A stretch of 62,591 bases of DNA, filler included. It is 13 parts of 13 records of this genome, joined end to end, with 100 filler letters (N's around TTAATTAATTAA, not from the genome) between each part and the next. Parts side by side here need not be neighbours in the genome. Positions count along the whole stretch, not along the records: positions 7,627 to 12,663 come from SRR9670534_1662; positions 12,764 to 15,770 come from SRR9670534_1667; positions 15,871 to 20,475 come from SRR9670534_1672; positions 20,576 to 23,077 come from SRR9670534_1674; positions 23,178 to 28,193 come from SRR9670534_1676; 8 more parts are not named here. One strand, given 5' to 3'. Positions 11,622 to 23,563 of the stretch are shown here, one piece after another. Positions within the stretch are counted from its first letter, which is position 1, and the number at the start of each line of letters is the position of its first letter. Both the position numbers and the translations under genes were made by a program. The notes beneath the pieces are model-generated. The model made no database searches, had not been told where the DNA came from, and saw only the letters and a program-made list of their open reading frames with translations.

Positions 11622-12624
11622 TTATATCACGAATAGCTTATAAACATAAAGAATAATAAATACAGGTAGTATTTGAAGAAAAGCCTTTTCATTGTTATCA
11701 ATGAAGAAATGAGGGCTATAATTAGATATAATAACTCCAATAGTAGAATGGTAGTGGTTGTTGTTACTGGTTGTAATTACAACATTGTCATAAATATTTT
11801 CAAGATTATTTGTCACAGCTTGTAATGTATTGCATTTTGTACCATTTGCTGCACAACAAATAAGTCTTCTTTGAACAATGGCAGTTGTCGCCAATGCTTG
11901 GTCCATGTTTTCTTCACAGTCATTGAGAAAACCAAAAGAAAGCCAGGAAATGGATTTATTTAGATTTTGGAATAGATCTGCCTATAAATTGCATTGTAAT
12001 TTATTAATAAAATTATGATAAACTTTGAAATTTAAATTTAATGATGAAATTTACATAGCAAAACTTCGTTTCCATAGAATTTTGGAAAATGGTGCCAAAA
12101 TCAAGTTCCATACAACTTGATGAAATAGCCCACATATTCGATGGGATTTTTTCACAAGTAATAACACCATTATTACAAGATATCTTCAAAGGTGCACTGG
12201 TAGTTGTCATTGATGACGTAGTTGTAGTCGCTGTTGTTGTTGATGTTGATGATGTCATCATTGATGTGGTGCTGGTGGTGGAGGAGGTTGATGTGGTAGT
12301 AGAAGTTGTGGTGGATGTCACAAGCGTTGTAGTGGTTGTAATTTGCTGAAATAGATATCGCCATTATTGGCACTATTTGTAGTTACTATCTTACTTTACA
12401 ACTCAATCCTGAGTAAAGGTGAAGATTATCTTCATCTGCGCCATTGTCCAAATCATTAATTCCATCGCAAATATGTCTTCCTCTAATGAGATAGTTGTTT
12501 AGTTTTATGATACCCATGTTTCTATAGTAACCTAAAAATTATTGTTATTGGTATTATTATGAATATGAACTTTAGTAATGTTACAGTTGTTTTCATCTTC
12601 TCTCTTAGGGCAATTTCTGTATCC
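11622..12624 (-). CDS. Cell-surface protein, 3' part: LDLa-like repeats, Thr/Ser mucin stalk, three-finger (Ly6/uPAR-like) Cys domain, C-terminal GPI/TM segment; exons 12624-12585, 12531-12395, 12345-12055, 11981-11622
   Basis: Phase-consistent splicing gives GYRNCPKREDENNC...ICDGINDLDNGADEDN...TTTSTTTSTSS...ISCNNGVITC...SSSC...TKFCYADL...FG..NDC...ICCAANGTKCN...AFLQILPVFIILYVYKLFVI*. Confidence 0.75.
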
Positions 12625-13398
12625 CTAAATTTAGCATTATTATTATTATTATTATTAATAATANNNNNNNNNNNNNNNNNNNNNNNNNNNNNNNNNNNNN
12701 NNNNNNNTTAATTAATTAANNNNNNNNNNNNNNNNNNNNNNNNNNNNNNNNNNNNNNNNNNNNTATAAATTATAAATTATAATTTATAATACATACATAT
12801 GTACTACATGTACGTATTAGGTATACATGTTTATGATACTGTAGTTAGGTTATGTCATTCATTAGGTGTACGCCATAACTATACGTAACCGAAATGCGGT
12901 TACCGCATTACATGCGAAGACTGTTACAGTCTGATTGTACCGAGTCGGTAACCAACATTATGTACTCGTACTATTGGTTCGGTACAGTCTTCGTCTTTGT
13001 ATTATTGGCAATAGTAGGTACAAAGACGTAGTACAAAGACGAAGACTATACCGAACTAGTAGTTTATTGCAGTCAGGTTTTGTTAGTTGTATAAATTATA
13101 ATAATGCTGGAGTAATATGCATAACGATGATACAGCTAGTAGCTACTAGTATAAATTGTACTGTACAATCATACGAATACATACCTACCTAATACATAAT
13201 TCGAATCGACGGCGTTGATACAATTTTTGCTAAATTACGTTTCTTTCCCATATATAAATCGAATTCACTGTGAATTATTCACACATGTAGCCTACGTAAT
13301 TTACAGTACTTACCTATATGTGTTCTCCGGTTAGCTCTATATTAATCAATAATCATAAGACCACTAGGTTTTCTCCTGTAGATCTATATTCGAATGTA

Positions 13399-15506
13399 AT
13401 GGTAATGAATAACACGGACAGAAGATTTCTCACTCAAAGTGACTGCTTACCAAAAATGTGCTATTTTTTGGCAAATAAGTTGAATCCTTTGTTGGGTTAC
13501 CTCAGAGCTCAGCAAGTTCTTCTCCAACCTGACATGAATAGATTTAAAAATTCAAAAGAGTCAATGTTCACATTGGTAACGAACTTATTTGACCTTATGA
13601 CGAAGCGCCAAAGAGCAAATGATGAGCCCGTCGTTGATAAATTAGCAAAATGTTTCGATCAAATGGGGCACAATCAGGTCGCAGGTTATGTTCGCAAAAG
13701 GGGCAAAAGTGAACTTGGTACACTTCTCAAATTTCCAGAAGTTTCTAAAGATGACAAAAGTCGACTGAATGAATGTTACGTTCAAGTTTCCAATTTAATA
13801 TTCGAAGATATTGATAGAAAATGTAAAAGTGAACTTCAACCAATTTTACCCGAATACAAACGAAAAGAAATTATTCAGCTTTCGGACAATGGTGAACGAA
13901 TGGACGCATTGATTGACGCTATTTTATTGTCCGATAATATCGATGCGGTAAATATCTTCGCAAATGCCTTGATTTTGGGATTTGGTGATGGGTCTATTAG
14001 AAATTGGTGTCCAAAGCTTTTTGAAGGAATACCATTGCATCATGGTGTACAAGAAAGTACACGAAATGTGGCGTCATCCCATCAACCAAGCGAGGACACA
14101 GATTCAGAACAGATTTTAAGGGACATAGAAGAACATTATGAACAAATGCTGCACTATCGAAATGATGCATGTCGTTTTGGAGAATTTCTCCTTTGTTTCT
14201 AAAAATAGTAACAAGCGAATTTCTCTTTAGGTACATGAAGATTATCCAGAAAAGTACATTCCATACGATCCTGTCAACAATACAATGGACGGAAGGCACG
14301 CGAAATATTACGGTCACGTCTTTATTATATGCAATATTAAGTATGGCGGTGAACATACAAGATTTGGGGGACAATTTGATCTGTCAAAATTAATTGTGGC
14401 TTTTCATCAAAGAAGATATTACGTTCATGCTCCTTATTGTGATTTTAGATCAAGACAGGTATCTTATTATGTATTGTTTATAATATTATTATAGTACTTC
14501 CTTTTATAGTGGGGTCCCTACCTCCGAGTTAAAAAAATTTACCCCCATCATGGCTATCAGCGCCATCTGTTTATCACCTATCTGATATCTCTCTTGTACT
14601 TTTCTGACTGATAAACAGATGGCGCTAACAATTTTGATGGCGCTAACAATTTTGATGGCGCCATCTACTTTGTAATAGCGCCATCTGTATGGTTGTTTCA
14701 AGCCTTATGATATTTTGTTATTATTAATTAGGCAGAAGCTTTTGAATACCGTATTGCATCAAATATAATTATAGGAAATGGATGCAATTTTGGCTGAAAT
14801 AAAACAAGTTGTTGACAATAATGACATGGGCTTATTTGTCCTTATAGTAATGGGGCATGGTGGTCACTCACTATATGACCAAAACATTGCTGACTCATGT
14901 CTTAAATTTGTAAGTACTGAGGAAGGAAATCCTGAGGAAGAACGTTCCATTTACCTTAGAGACATCTGCACTTATTTCAGTGATAGAGATTCCCCAAGAC
15001 TTAGGGGTGTTCCCAGGTGGTTTATTTGCAACATTTGCAGAAAACGTGAAACTCCTGCCATTGGAGATAATAATCGTGTATATCAAACTGATGTACAAGT
15101 TGATACACAGCCTTTCTATGAAAGAGCACCATCAGATCTGGAAAACAAGATTTTAGCTAATAGAAGAGATATGTTAATTTCATACTCTTGTGATGAAGGT
15201 TTTGATTGCTTCAGAAATGTTCATAATGGCTCCTTGTTCATTCAAAAAATTTGTCAAATTTTAATGAAACCTGAAAACAATCTTCTTCCAAGAATTTCTA
15301 TTACAGATGATATTTTGCTAAAGGTCATTTTTAATTTTTAAATAAATAAAAATTTTAATTTTGAAATTTTTTAGGTTAGTAGAGAGGTGCAGGAAGAACT
15401 TGCACGAGATGGGGACTTAACTGGACAATATTTGAGCCAAATTCCATGCTCTCTTAATCTTCTTGGAAAAAGGATATTTTTGCCTGAAGTCTCAATGACG
15501 TCATAA
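13399..15506 (+). CDS. Initiator-type caspase with two CARD-like prodomains; exons 13399-14166 (GC donor), 14231-14458, 14775-15323, 15375-15506
   Basis: N-terminus MVMNNTDRRFL resembles a caspase-9 CARD start. p20: GHVFIICNIKY..TRFGGQFD, IVMGHG (catalytic His), SPRLRGVPRWFICNICRK (catalytic Cys). p10: DMLISYSCDEGFDCFRNVHNGSLFIQKIC, KVSREV, QIPCSLNLLGKRIFL. Confidence 0.9.
14558..14687. repeat. Cluster of GATGGCGC/GCGCCATC motifs with an inverted repeat, in caspase intron 2
   Basis: AGCGCCATCTGTTTATCA (14559-14576) and TGATAAACAGATGGCGCT (14609-14626) form an inverted pair; two tandem AACAATTTTGATGGCGC units and a further TAGCGCCATCTG follow. Confidence 0.75.
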
Positions 15507-16769
15507 ACGCTAACATGTAATAATTATATTAAAATTTGTCTACCTTTATTTATAGACTCCCATTTTATAATTGCAATTGATATTGGTAAACTTTTTGGCG
15601 ACATCTATGTGTTCTCCACTTTAATCATATAGTCCTTTTATTGTATAGATTTTTTAGTTATGCTAGATTATTATTAATGTTCAATAATTGTTTATTAGAT
15701 TAATAATAAATAACAACAATTAAATTATTATTAATGTTTGCTGTCGTGGTGCAGTAATCCATATTCAAAANNNNNNNNNNNNNNNNNNNNNNNNNNNNNN
15801 NNNNNNNNNNNNNNTTAATTAATTAANNNNNNNNNNNNNNNNNNNNNNNNNNNNNNNNNNNNNNNNNNNNTGGCTCATTTCACGAATTGGTCGTAACAAT
15901 TATAAGCTAATACTGTCAGTCCATAACTTCACTATAAGTCTTATTATCAGTAAGCCTAGCATGCACTTAAATCCCTATTTCCATACAATGATAACTTACA
16001 TTATTGTTAGCAAGTTGCTATTATCATTAACTCTGATGTATAGGTAGATACTATTCTGTTACTGTTAAGTTTTCTATGGTAAAAAGTTTTTAAAAAACTG
16101 CTTTTATTATTATGAATAATAATAAACACTGAGAAACAGAATTAGCGGGAACACCCTTTTTCAATACATTTTCAACAACCATAGTTATAGGTACTAAGTT
16201 AGTACTACTAACTGAAAAAGGAAGCCTATAATATAGGCTCTATATCACAACTTTTCATATAGAACATAAAATAAAAACTAGCACGAAAGGTTGTAAAAAT
16301 TTTAATTTAATATAATTTTAAGTTTAAAAAATTCAACAAAATTTACAGTAAGAAAACAAAATAGCAACAGAAAATGGCGATTCTCTTCCCGCCAAGAGGT
16401 GTACCGGCTTATTGTGTTTATACTTGTAGATAATATACTAAATTAGTGTTACTAATATGACATTAAAATTATTGTCTTACAAACTTACAATTAGTATTTT
16501 GTGGTATATTACTTTCAATCTAGATGTGTTTTTATCATAAGTTTTATGCATGGTTTTGAATTTTTGTATCAAGTTCTAACTTATTCAAGAAAGATGTTAT
16601 AACGTGACGTTATAACGTCCTCGTTCAAGCTAGAAGTTGTATTACAACTTCTAACCTATTTTTTTAGGTCTGAACTTCAGACTCTGAATCAGATTATTAT
16701 TAAGTTCAGACTCTGAATCATTTATTATTACACTTACTAATCTCTTGATATCACATAGCATTTTTGATA

Positions 16770-18034
16770 ATGGAGCCATTTCCAGAGACCACAACACCTG
16801 TGCAAGAAATGACCATTCAGAGATATCTGTTTCAGAAATATTTGGCCATTTCAAATAAGGTGGCTTATTGGTTTAAGAGACCACATCTTCGCTGGCCAGG
16901 AGAAGTTCAAAACGAAAACAATAGAAATTGGTATACTACGGTATGGAGAAAGATTTGTCCCCACAGGGAAAGTTCATTGGTTCTGTCTACTAGAAGCGCA
17001 GATGGTAGTGAAATCAATTATGAGGAGCCCACAATTTTTCAAGACTTGCATAATATACAAGACCGCTTTGCAAACAACTTAGAAATTAGAACACTCAAGC
17101 AAAGATTTATAGGCGATAGTACTACTGCAACAACAATTGGATCTCGCACATTTCCTTCAAGCACGCGCGACCTACCAAACAACCTTGCAGATACACGTCT
17201 GCAGTTGTGCCACTTAATAGAGAGATTTCGGGAAAACTCGTTTTTTGCAGACGCATGGCATGGCTGTAGGAGAATATTTGCAAATATTTTGAATAGAATA
17301 GGTCGTAGGTGAGTATTACTCACTGAGTAATGCATACTTCATCCTAAAACAATTTGCAATGTAAATTTTACATTAGAAGTTTATGTAATCAGCGAACCCT
17401 TTTCAGGCACATTTGGTTAGATGTGCAAGGAGGTAGAACACCTGAATACAACCTAGCAAATGAAATAGGTCAGTCTAACTGAGTGAAATTACATATCATT
17501 ATATACAGAATCTGTACGGTACAGATACACATTGTTATAATAATATGATATCTGTAAAGTAGACACTTATTTCGTAGAAATACCTGTGATTTAGATAGTC
17601 CTATGCTGACATTGGATTTTGATTGTCATGCAATGTCTGCCAAAAGAATGTTTAGAGACCCCAATAAACCGATATTTGACAATGATCGTACAAAAAGCGA
17701 AACTATAGCACACCTAATTTACACAATTAGAGAATTATCCCAAAATGAAAGCAGCCAAAGAATTATGATGTTTGATGAAATTTGTCGAACACTTGATGGA
17801 CAACCAACTGAATATGAAGAAAATATTATAACCGCAAATACTGTGGTCAACCCGCGAAATCGATTACGTTTTCAAAACTTATTGTTCCATGATCCCCTTG
17901 ATCCCCTTCAATTTGAAGCGAGTGCAATACCTAATGAATGCAATATAAATTCCTTCTTAAAGGCATTGTTTCAGGCTTGCGATATAGCACTACATTACGC
18001 ACAAATCACCTCGGGATCAGAGTGGCCATTGTGA
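16770..18034 (+). CDS. Uncharacterised 3-exon protein (16770-17308, 17407-17468, 17595-18034), about 346 aa
   Basis: Two ORFs from the track are joined in frame through a 62-nt exon (RHIWLDVQGGRTPEYNLANEID) with canonical GTGAGT/GTCAGT donors. No family recognised. Confidence 0.7.
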
Positions 18035-18692
18035 TTCTATTCTTCCCACGTTTTTAATACAATAACAGAAGTATATTGTAGATAATAATCACATATTATG
18101 CATAGCTAATAGCTATTAGCTATTCGTATCATGAGCTTCATAATAATTATTCATTACTGTACGCCACATAAACAAGTTTAGTATTTTGTATTAAATTACT
18201 TATACGGTATAGGCTATACCATTTTAAAGTCTAACAATGTTTTTGAGTATTCTGCTGGCAATGTCAGCCTGGTATGTTTTTAGTTTTATTATTAATAATA
18301 AATAGCTATCATGTATTTAATTTTATTATAGGACAATTTTATTAGTAATAATATCTCTCATAGTGTAATGATAATCGGATTACACTGTAATCATAGGCTT
18401 TGGTTGCATGACTATCATAGGCTTTTGGTTTTCTAATATATTGTGAAATTAATAATAATTTCAAATTATAATCATCAAAATGTAATATCACATACTAGAA
18501 ATGTCATCATAACAAATGTCTGTGACGCTACGTGACATTGCTAGTAATGACAGTTACGTGAAATTGGTAGTAACAGTTTGTTACATCTTGATGACAAATG
18601 ACGTAACATTAAATATATAAGTAGCTTTTCTGTTGTAGGTAGGCGTTACAGGAAGAATGACCTATTAACAAAATTTAAGTTTGGTGCTTTGC

Positions 18693-20475
18693 ATGGAAAG
18701 CAATGAAATAACCAAAACCGCTACGGTATCGCTAAACGACAAGCTGTGGTTGGGTTACAATCTTGAAAGTATTATTGATGCGGTTACGTCCTATGGACTA
18801 AATAATTTCATAAACCAACTACTAGCAGCTGAAGACACTGGTGATGATCGTGATGTCATTTGTGCTTGTAAAGATATTATAATTGAAATTCGAGAAATCT
18901 ATGGGTCAGTTGGATTTGGATATCTTCTGAAGACAGTTATTTTGTCATCTAAAACATTGGCTTGTTTATTAAATATCAGACCATCAACTGAAGCAACTAT
19001 CCTGAAGATACATTCAGAAATACCTGAGAAAATTGAGAAGTGGCAGCAAGCTTTGATACTTGCAAAGATAGATGTTCTAGTTTCTTATCCAACACTATTC
19101 GATGAGCTGTCAGACCTGCTTTCGACTTTAGAAATTGAAAATTTTCACACAATCGCAAAAGTTCCAGTTGAGTGGAAGCGAACGTTAAGATTCCTTGATA
19201 CACTTGTTGAAACAAATAGCAAATCTATTTTTGATGAATTTATTAACATTTTGAAGAATATTGGAGCATCAAACTTTGCTAGGTAATTTGACAATACAGT
19301 ATAAATTATAGGAATACGACTAATTGTAAACGTTTTTGTTGCATAGATTGCTAGAACAGTGTTCACAGACTGCAATTGACACCTTTACCACTGAAAATGT
19401 AAATATTACTTCTTCCCAAATTATTGGAATGGGTGGTGAAGCAATAATTTATCGGTTAAATTTGCAAAATTATGGTGACGCTGTCTTTCGAAAAGTAGAT
19501 CCTTTACCTAGAGCTTGGTCCAATGTGTTAGATAAAAAAGATGAATCTATAGTTCTGAAAGAAATAAGAAAATATGAACTCCTGCTCTTAAAATTTAGCT
19601 TACATCCTAACTGTGTTGCCATTTATGGAAATGTGATAGAACCAGGTCATTATGGTATTGTTATGGAATATTTGGAAAAAGGCAACTTGAAGGACTACCT
19701 ATGCATGTTGAATATAAAATCTGAGCAAAGTATATCTGTTAAACAAAAGCTGAAATGGTGCTTTCAAATTGCCTCTGCTTTAAAATTTTTGCATGGATAT
19801 GAACCAATAGTAGTTCATGGTGATATAAAATGCAGTAACTGCCTATTAGCAGATCCAGGTTTAACAGTGAAACTATCCGATTTCAATGGAAGCCAATTTC
19901 ATAACATGACACTTAGCAACTTAGGTTCAGAAAGAAAAAAGTTTACACCAACACATTGTCCTCCAGAAGTGCTAAGAGGTAGCAAATATGAATTCGCAGC
20001 TGATGTGTATTCTTTTGGAATTTCTACAGTTGAAATGTTTTTTCCTGAAGACATAGAACCTCACAAGAGTAAATTTCCACTGGTGTTAGATTTGATCAGT
20101 ACTGAAATTCGGTCCAATGATGTTGATCCAATTGAAAGTATGATCAATGAGTTACCACAAGCAAGACCAAGCACTACGTTAACTTACAAGACTTTTAAGA
20201 AACTTCTGTTACTGTGTGAACAACCTATGAAGGATTTGTCAAACTCAAAAAAGATAAGTATGCTGCTAATTTTGGTACATATAAATATTATAGGTTTAAC
20301 TTATTATTAATAAAGTATGGCTATCTTAATAAAATAAAGATTATACTGCATAATTTATACATGGTGTAAAAAATAATTAAAACAATAATACAATACTTTT
20401 AGAAAAGGACACTATACTTGAATTTCCCTTTCAAGCGAAAATCGGCGTGGATATCGTAAATCTAATGTTGCAAGC
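18693..20475 (+). CDS. Tandem death-fold (CARD-like) plus TKL/RIPK-like protein kinase; exons 18693-19282, 19347-20257, 20403-contig end (partial)
   Basis: CARD-like KWQQALILAK...LRFLDTLVETNSKSIFDEFINILKNIGASNFARLL. Kinase motifs IGMGGEAIIY, HPNCVAIYG, YGIVMEYLEKGNL, HGDIKCSNCLL, KLSDFNGS, THCPPE, ADVYSFG. Confidence 0.85.
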
Positions 20476-20575
20476 NNNNNNNNNNNNNNNNNNNNNNNNN
20501 NNNNNNNNNNNNNNNNNNNTTAATTAATTAANNNNNNNNNNNNNNNNNNNNNNNNNNNNNNNNNNNNNNNNNNNN

Positions 20576-23077
20576 TCTTTGTTTAGTTTTAGTCATAAGA
20601 TAGAATAGTGGTAAATGATAAACCATCTTGCCTAAGACATAGGTTTCAAGATATGCCTTTATGCCACCACGAGTAGAAATGCCTTTTAGACGTTTAATCC
20701 TAACAAAGGCCATACCCATAATTCTTTTATATCTATTGTAAGTAAAATCAAAGTCCATTTTGCTATCTATATGATAGCCCAAGTATTTAATTTCATTTTT
20801 GACCCATAGATCTTTATTATTAACTTTAATTGGGTAGGGGGCATGATTATGCCTATTGTGGTAGACCACCATTAACTCAGTTTTATCCAAATTAATGTGA
20901 AGACCATTGGAATGAAAGTACCTACCTAAAATCAATGATTCTAACTCAACCCATTTTTGTAACGTACCCATATTAGTCATTCCAAAACTAACAATTAAAT
21001 CATCTGCATAAAACGTATATCTAGGACATTGACATTCAGCCAACGTACCCCACATTTTACATTGATCACATTTAAACCTAGTTTCTTCTATATCAGAAAT
21101 AGCCAAAGAAAACAGAATAGGACCAAGTACTGAGCCTTGAGGCACCCCAGTGGTCATATTAGCTGAGAGATCACCAAATTGGTTACTATTAAATGATCGT
21201 GATGTCATATAATTATCTAGTAATCTCCTAGTTGCCGTAAAGCCTAGTGACTGAGATATTTTATCTCTTAAGATTCTATGATCAATGGAGTTGAAAGCTT
21301 GTGTTAAGTCTATAGCCAAGAGAGCTGTATTCATTTTCCTTTGTTTGTTAGATGAAATGTGGCTTAGAACATTTAACAGGGCATCTCTCGTACCCAATTT
21401 GTTTCTAAATCCAAATTGGTTATTAGGTAAAATACCTCTTGCTATTAGAGTGTATTTCAACCGTTCCTCCATCATATATTCAAGTATCAAATTAAAGCAT
21501 CTAGACAATGCAATAGGTCTATAGTGCTTAGGTAAATAGGGATCTTTAACCTTGTTTATATATGTCAAATATGTACACTTCCAACCTTTTGGCCAATAGC
21601 CATTGTCCAGTATATCATTATAGAGTGCAAGAAGACTATTACGGTTATCATTATCAAGAGAGTCAATAACCTTCCTTTTTACATCTACTAAGGGACCTGC
21701 TGCTTTCTTATTGAGTTTTAAGATGGCATTATCAAGTTCATCTCTGGTAAAACCCATATTAAGCATATTTCTGTTTTTAACACTTAGTGATTTTTTACCT
21801 TTAAGATGATTATAGAAGCGTTTATGAGAAGTCTCAATCTCATCAGATGTTATTGGATTTAGTTTATCTAGGTTATTACCAATGTCCGCGTTAAATTCCA
21901 TAAGGCATTTATGTGCCTCTTTGTTATGGACAATGTTACCATTATTATTAACTGCTATATCCAATTTATCCTTGTCCTCACATTTCTCATCACCTGTAAT
22001 GTGTTTTACAATTTGATGCCATTTCTTAGGCTTATTTAATCTATAATCTTCCATGTTAGACATAGCATCCTTTTTTTCTAGTAACTTAAATTTATTTCTG
22101 TTGTACCTGGCACGAGGTAGCAAATTGTCCTCCAGTTTCTTAGCAGTGTTGGAGAGACGATCACAAATGTCATCAATATTTTTATCATCCTTTTCAATAC
22201 ATCTTGTATAGTCAAAGAGATACCTTAACTCTTTGTTAAATTCATCAGTTTGGAATTTATCCCACTGGGGGAATTCAATGTAATTGTTACCATTATTATT
22301 ATGTATATTGAGAATTTCTGCAATAACAGGGTAATGATCACTAATATATTCTTCAAATATAGTACCTTTAATTTCCAAATGCTTGGCAAAAACATAATCT
22401 ACCTGATTACCAGTTATCCCAGAGACACCACCAGTTTTCCTGGTTTCATTAGATGGCCTAGTTATACCATATAGGTCATCAGAGTATTCATGAGTGACAC
22501 TCATTAACTCAGCAAACTGCTTATCAGGGTTGTTTTTTAGGTCAAAATCTGGTCTTTTAATATTAAAGTCACCAATAACAATTTGTTTGCCAGAAATCCC
22601 ATTATCCGAGTTTGCTAAGAAAGCATATAAGTCCTGAAAATTGTCATAACCTGGAGATCTGTAAAGTGCACATAACCTAAAGTGATCTTTTTTAACCTTT
22701 AAATCCAACTGTAGGCCTTCAAATTTGAAGCCAATAGTTTCCTTGGTGTCCAAAATTTTTATATGTTTTTTAACATATATTAGTATACCTCCAGATTTAT
22801 TATTAGTTTGTCTATTAATAAATCTTAACTGATAACCCAAGTGTTTGGGTGGAGTTACATCATTAATACACCAAGATTCAGTAATAACCATTATATCCGG
22901 TTGTATTTTATAGATTATGTCATACACAAATATGGATTTCTTATCAATAGAACCCATATTCATATAAAGAACCACCAGAGATTTATTATTTGTTTTAGAA
23001 AATTGTTCCAAATTAAGCCATTCAAATTCCAAGGTACTGTCATTATCCGACAGACTATTAATTGATGTGTCAGAAAC
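20576..23077 (-). mobile_element. Non-LTR retrotransposon (LINE, Jockey/CR1-group-like) ORF2: APE endonuclease plus reverse transcriptase, open across the whole contig
   Basis: APE motifs YMNM, ITESW, SGGILIYV, ALYRSP, GDFN, VDYVF, SDHYPV. RT motifs HYRPIAL, NQFGFR, IDLTQAFNSIDH, GVPQGSVLGP, FYADD, KYLG. No stop codons. Confidence 0.95.
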
Positions 23078-23563
23078 NNNNNNNNNNNNNNNNNNNNNNN
23101 NNNNNNNNNNNNNNNNNNNNNTTAATTAATTAANNNNNNNNNNNNNNNNNNNNNNNNNNNNNNNNNNNNNNNNNNNNCTTACCTTTTGGCCTTATGATTC
23201 CTTATGATCTATCGATGATATTCTAATAATACTATAATTAGCACTAATGCAGTTAATTAGAACACCAGTATAATTGACTCTTTTTTTTTGAGAATGTTCT
23301 AAAAATTTTGTGCCCCTTATTAGCGTTTTATTTATCGTTGTTTACTTACCTCTTCCCTTTTATAATTGTATGTAACAATTGGTAGCTGCCCCGTATAGTA
23401 CGATTCGTATTAATACTAATTAGGGTTATCTTGCTGAAGTTAAAGTTGATGTACAGAAACTGCTATAGCATATATATAAGTTATATATATATAAACCATG
23501 ATAAATATGTAGTTATTAATAAACATTTAATGAAGAGCAATGACAATATAATGTATCTATTAG

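Noticed and set aside
12089-12349. Val/Asp-rich ORF on the + strand
   Set aside because: Antisense shadow of the Thr/Ser mucin exon.
20576-23077. RT as a prokaryotic retron, DGR or defence RT
   Set aside because: The N-terminal APE endonuclease and RT motifs identify a eukaryotic non-LTR retrotransposon.
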